DNA from: Octopus vulgaris
Taxonomy: Eukaryota
Direction of reading: 5' to 3'
Length of the DNA: 64,000 nt
Assembly: GCA_951406725.2 (NCBI GenBank)
Contig: OX597836.1
Span: 1,674,001 to 1,738,000, forward strand
Position numbers and translations under genes: made by a program. The notes below the pieces were generated by a model that saw only the letters and a program-made list of their open reading frames with translations, was not told where the DNA came from and did not search any database. Positions 58,886 through 64,000 of the stretch are shown piece by piece (positions within the stretch are counted from its first letter, which is position 1; each line of letters opens with the position of its first letter).

Positions 58886-60064
58886 CTATACATATACCTA
58901 CTTATCTGCCTGTCTGTCTGTCTATATGCTTAGCTTTTTGATCTTGTTTCGGCCATTATATTTTGGCCAAGCCGAGACAGTGCCTTAAATAATTCAAGTG
59001 GAACGAATCGGGCCCTGCTGCACATTTTTAAAGCCTTGCACTTATTCTATCGGTGCTTTTGCTGAACTGCTAGGTTACGAGTATGCAATCACATCAATAC
59101 TGGTTGTTAAGCGGAAATGGTGATGGGTGAGGTGCATACGCAGACACATTGATATATCTCCGTACCATGTGGTTGGGAAACAAACTAATCTACACACATC
59201 AGCGCCTGCACCTCCACACTACAACGATAAATAGATTTTTAATGTGTCTCGTTTCCTTCTCTCTCTCTCTCTCTCTCACTATCTTTCTCTCTCTCTTCCT
59301 ATGTGTGAGTGAGTGTGTGTGTGTGTATGTATGTATGCCAGTCTTTGTTGAGTTTTATTTCATGATTTCTAGCAAAAAGAGAAAGAGCTGGTTTCTAACC
59401 TAGATTCAAGGTTCCTTCATTAATATTTCAACATCAATGACAAAGTATTTTTGTAAGTATGTATGTATATGTGCAAATTTGTATATTTTGTTATATGCGT
59501 GTATGCTAATGCATAGTGTTGCATCTAGACATGCTCATATATATTTAAATGATAAACTTCTGGAAAGTTTTACAGACTTTTACGGTTGCAGTGATGGATT
59601 GGATCTGTAGTCGTCGAATAAACTCTCTCCTCACTGGTTTTGAGAAGCCTAATTCCTCAAGATTGGTATTTAGGCAGAGTGTAATGTAGACACACGTACA
59701 CTTTTGAAAGCGTCTGCAGATAATGGAAAGAATATATGTACAATAAATTGGGGCATACTCTAGTGTACATATATTTTTTTCGCTGTATGCTTAATGGTCG
59801 TATTGATGTAGTAAGGTGAAAGTAAAATATCCCATCTACCATAACGAATGGAAGGAAAGAATAATGGATACAAAATCATGAAGAAAGAATAAAAAGCAGG
59901 CATAGAAGACCACTTCATTCTGGAGCGGTAAATAAATGCACGATGCCTGGCAGCGTCTGAGATTATTAAATGTCCTTCGGAGATTTATTGTATGTGGCAG
60001 AATAATTCTACGTGACAGATGGTGGTTTGATCCTAACCAGGTCAAGCTACATTATATATATACA

Positions 60065-60095
<31 letters not shown>

Positions 60096-60105
60096 CATAC
60101 ACACT

Positions 60106-60196
<91 letters not shown>

Positions 60197-60443
60197 GTAT
60201 ATATATATAAGGAGTTTGTGTGTATGCGTTATATGTATCCATATAAATCTGTGTAGAATTTCATCATTTTCTGACACGGTAAACCCATGGTGAGAGTTCG
60301 TTTCAACACATGAAATGAATACCTCCTAATTGGTATTTAAAGAATGGAATTAGTTCGGATCCAGATCAGAGATTATGGAAAAGTCTCTCTGAAGTATACT
60401 TGTCAACATGGGAAACTGAAATTACATGGAACATTAAGTGTTA

Positions 60444-60536
<93 letters not shown>

Positions 60537-60537
60537 A
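60444..60537. repeat. (ATT)n-(GTT)n microsatellite
   Basis: Direct observation. Confidence 0.97.
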
Positions 60538-61125
60538 TTCGTTGTCGCTGTAACTGGAAACACACGTGTATGTGGATTCTGCTTACCCTAGCGTCATGGA
60601 AATTACTGGGTTGTAGTCGCGATACCTCCATAAAACCGCACCCTGCTGTGATATAACATGTGTATGCAATGTAGCGTCTCCAAGATAGACTCTGTATAAA
60701 ATACAGGATAGTCACTAGTGGAACGCCTTCGATAATTTTGCCTGCGTCATCAGGACTAGATCAGGTCTATGCAAAGTCGAAGAATAGGGTCCTTGTATAC
60801 TTGTACTCGGTTTGGAAGAAACTGTATCTAAATGCCCGTCATTCCACAATCTCCCAGCATTCCAACCATGACCATCCTGTATTTCATTAAGATATGATCT
60901 AATTTTATTTATTACATCTTAGTAGGAGCGCTAAGCTGTGTATGCTTCCAATATGGGGTGGCCATATCTAGAATAAGGAACCACCAAGTGACCAACAATA
61001 ACAACACCATCAACATCAACAACAAAAGCAACAACAACAACGACGCCGAATCATCTGTTCATATCAACGAGGTTCATTTCTAGGCGTTGGTGTAGTGAAG
61101 TCGGAACAGTTTACTACTTGCAACT

Positions 61126-61275
61126 TTATTTGGTGTTGCAGCGATCGGCCAAAGGAGGACTTCGGTAGCATATGTTCTCTGTGGGAAAGACGTTGCAAGT
61201 CCCTCGCCCAGAAGGGGCTGCAAGGGCGTGGGGGTGGGTATCAGAGGAGTCTTCACGATGCATCGTTGCCGTTAC
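61126..61275 (-). CDS. Candidate terminal coding exon, unknown protein (VTATMHREDSSD...DRCNTK*)
   Basis: Strong polypyrimidine tract and cAG at 61276-61320; phase-0 frame open for 49 codons to TAA; GC-rich unique sequence; no recognisable domain. Confidence 0.35.
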   Translation of the reverse strand, partial: VTATMHREDSSDTHPHALAAPSGRGTCNVFPTENICYRSPPLADRCNTK

Positions 61276-61345
61276 CTGTAACGAAAAGGAAAGGGAAAAA
61301 GAAAGAGAGAGAGAGAGAAAATGAAGAAGAAAGAGTAGAAGAAAG

Positions 61346-61620
<275 letters not shown>

Positions 61621-62687
61621 CCGAGAAAAGAGAAAAGTCATTAATTTTTCGATAAATTCTCAAGAAAGAAAGTCCAGAGTAACAGCCGGTCATGTTTCTG
61701 ATGTATTCAACCTTATCAGTATAGTACTGCGATATTAAAATCAGTAGCGCATTGCAAATATATTTTGTGCCAAAAAGCGTCGCTGAGTGGTATCTTCTGG
61801 TGTTCTAAGTAACCAACTCTTCATCTGGGATTCAAAAAATGAACGACAGCGCCTCGAAATTCCCAATTAAGTTGCAAATCGTAGTTTCTTCGTTAATTAA
61901 ATTACTAATTAGTTAATAAATGAACCTATATCATATCCGATATGAGTGGTGATCTGTTTCAGTCATGGACTGGGGTTAACAGGGTCTGACAAGGATATTT
62001 GGAGTGGAGATGTAGCAAGACATAAATATCGGATTCCGAGCTCAAAGATGGTCACGCGCTCAAGATGGATTCCGCGCTCAGTTTTGGAGAGACACGGGCC
62101 ATGATTCATTGTGAGTTAATTAGTAATAACTGGAGAGTTTGGTCTCCTAGACAACGATAATTGAGTGTTGTACGCGTGTATGTGTGTATATGTGTGTGTA
62201 TGCGTGTGCACATATGTGCATGTGTGTGTATGTTTCTAGGTATATATGTGTGTGTAATTCAGCAAATAAGTTTCTCGAAGTCTCAGTGATTCTACAACAT
62301 CGCAAGAAATGTGTGTCTACTCGCTTAAATATCAATAAATCTGTATTATATTCTCTCTCCTTGCATATATTTGTGAAAGTGCGTGTATACGTATGCACAT
62401 ATATTCTCACACATCCAGTATATTAATATACGTAGCGTGAGGCAGATCGCACAGACGTATACTCTCAATGGCCGCCACAGACTGACACAGGCGCCCCTTA
62501 AGAAGACGATGCAGACAAAAATACACGCGCGTACACATAGTGAAGCACATATAAATATTTTCAGTATTACACGCAGACATTGAGAGATACCTCCACAGAT
62601 ACATAAACAGAAGGACACCCGCCTATTTATACAATAAACACATATTCAAATATACTTCTTTGACCATAATATGCAGGTGTGTATATG

Positions 62688-62729
<42 letters not shown>

Positions 62730-62813
62730 ATATATATATATATATACATAGATATATACATGAAAATATAGATATTTATATATATATACATACTTGCATA
62801 CATACATATACAT

Positions 62814-62993
<180 letters not shown>

Positions 62994-63739
62994 GAAGTGG
63001 TGTGTAAATTATAAATTATATAGCGCTGCCAATTTATCATCGTAAGTTCTTTCCACATCAGTGAATTTCGTAGTTAGACCAACGTATTGAGACGTATATA
63101 TTGATAGTCAGCGGTTTGTCAGTATATGAGGCCAGATGGGGTGAGACAGGTGGCAAAGGATGGTGGGTAAATAAATAGAAAGATATATAGATAAATAAAG
63201 GGGTTGATAGATAGATTGAGAGGGAGAGAGAAAGAGAGAGAGAGATAGGAGAGGGACAGAGAGAGGGAGAAATTGTTTATTTGGCTGTTGCAGATTGTCT
63301 GTGTTTGGAAAAAAAGAATGAAAGAGAAATAAGTGGGCGGAGATGATAGAGAGAGGAGATAAGCAGTCGTATTAAGTGTTTTGATAAACGTAAACATAAA
63401 AAGATGAGAGGGAGAGAGAGAGAGAGAAATATGAGAGTGAGAGAGGTAGGGAGAATGTTAGCCGGAAGCTGGCGGTCGAATTGATAGACTTGGTTCAAAG
63501 TTAGACTCCTGTAGCCAGACAGGAAGGTGAATATATGAACGGTTGAAGGGGCATACATACATACATACATACATACATACAAATATACTTACATACATAA
63601 TACCTACATACATACATACATACATACATACATACATACATACATACATACATACATACATACATACATACATACGTACATACATACATACATACATAGT
63701 TAAAACATACTTACATATATACATAAATACATATATGCA

Positions 63740-63900
63740 TACCTAAAACGAAAGAAAAGGCAGCAGAGGCTTAACATCAATCCAAAATGCCTTTGAATGT
63801 TGCATCACATCCATTCGGCAACATCTTCTAACCACAAATTGTCGAAGTGTATCCCATGACCAAGTCTGCATACATAAAGTTGATAACCTCATAAGACATG
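63740..63900 (+). mobile_element. R4/Dong-like non-LTR retrotransposon fragment
   Basis: YLKRK / GSRGLTSIQNAFECCITSIRQHLL (cf. LYLPRK.GGRGL.SI). Confidence 0.6.
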
Positions 63901-64000
63901 GGAGGTAGATTCTTGAGCAACACTCTTTGTCTGATAACCTAGAATACACTCCTAATTAAGTCGCACGACTCTACCGCAACGTATCATTAGATGAAAAGAT

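Noticed and set aside
60587-60691. 105-nt minus-strand exon with AG/GTAAGC boundaries
   Set aside because: Acceptor overlaps a repeat fragment and no recognisable peptide; cannot be supported
62031-62081. Three short tandem gcgctcaagatgg-like units
   Set aside because: Too short to interpret; probably internal repeats of an old DNA transposon

Overview
AT-rich, microsatellite-saturated eukaryotic DNA, intronic or intergenic. The SINE families and repeat content point to a coleoid cephalopod, most likely Octopus (inferred from recalled repeat sequences, not from a search). No intact protein-coding gene is supported, and nearly all ORFs in the track are translated (TA)n/(CA)n/(CTAT)n/trinucleotide repeats. 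Recognisable content: many copies of two tRNA-derived SINE families; a TIR-bounded mariner element plus fragments; two non-autonomous Helitrons, one nested in a decayed R4/Dong LINE; fragments of CR1, RTE, Tx1/L1 and Penelope (GIY-YIG) elements; and two candidate minus-strand exons. The most interesting signals are: (1) dispersed Penelope-type minimal hammerhead ribozyme motifs, one with an intact core (12769-12803); (2) a 175-bp palindrome made of two head-to-head hammerhead/polyA cassettes (13604-13778); (3) a 460-bp spacer-less palindrome centred on an (ATT)n/(AAT)n switch; (4) a possible recursive splice site; (5) SINE copies fused to older copies of their own family. These mostly fit known element biology, and I cannot claim a wholly new system from sequence alone.
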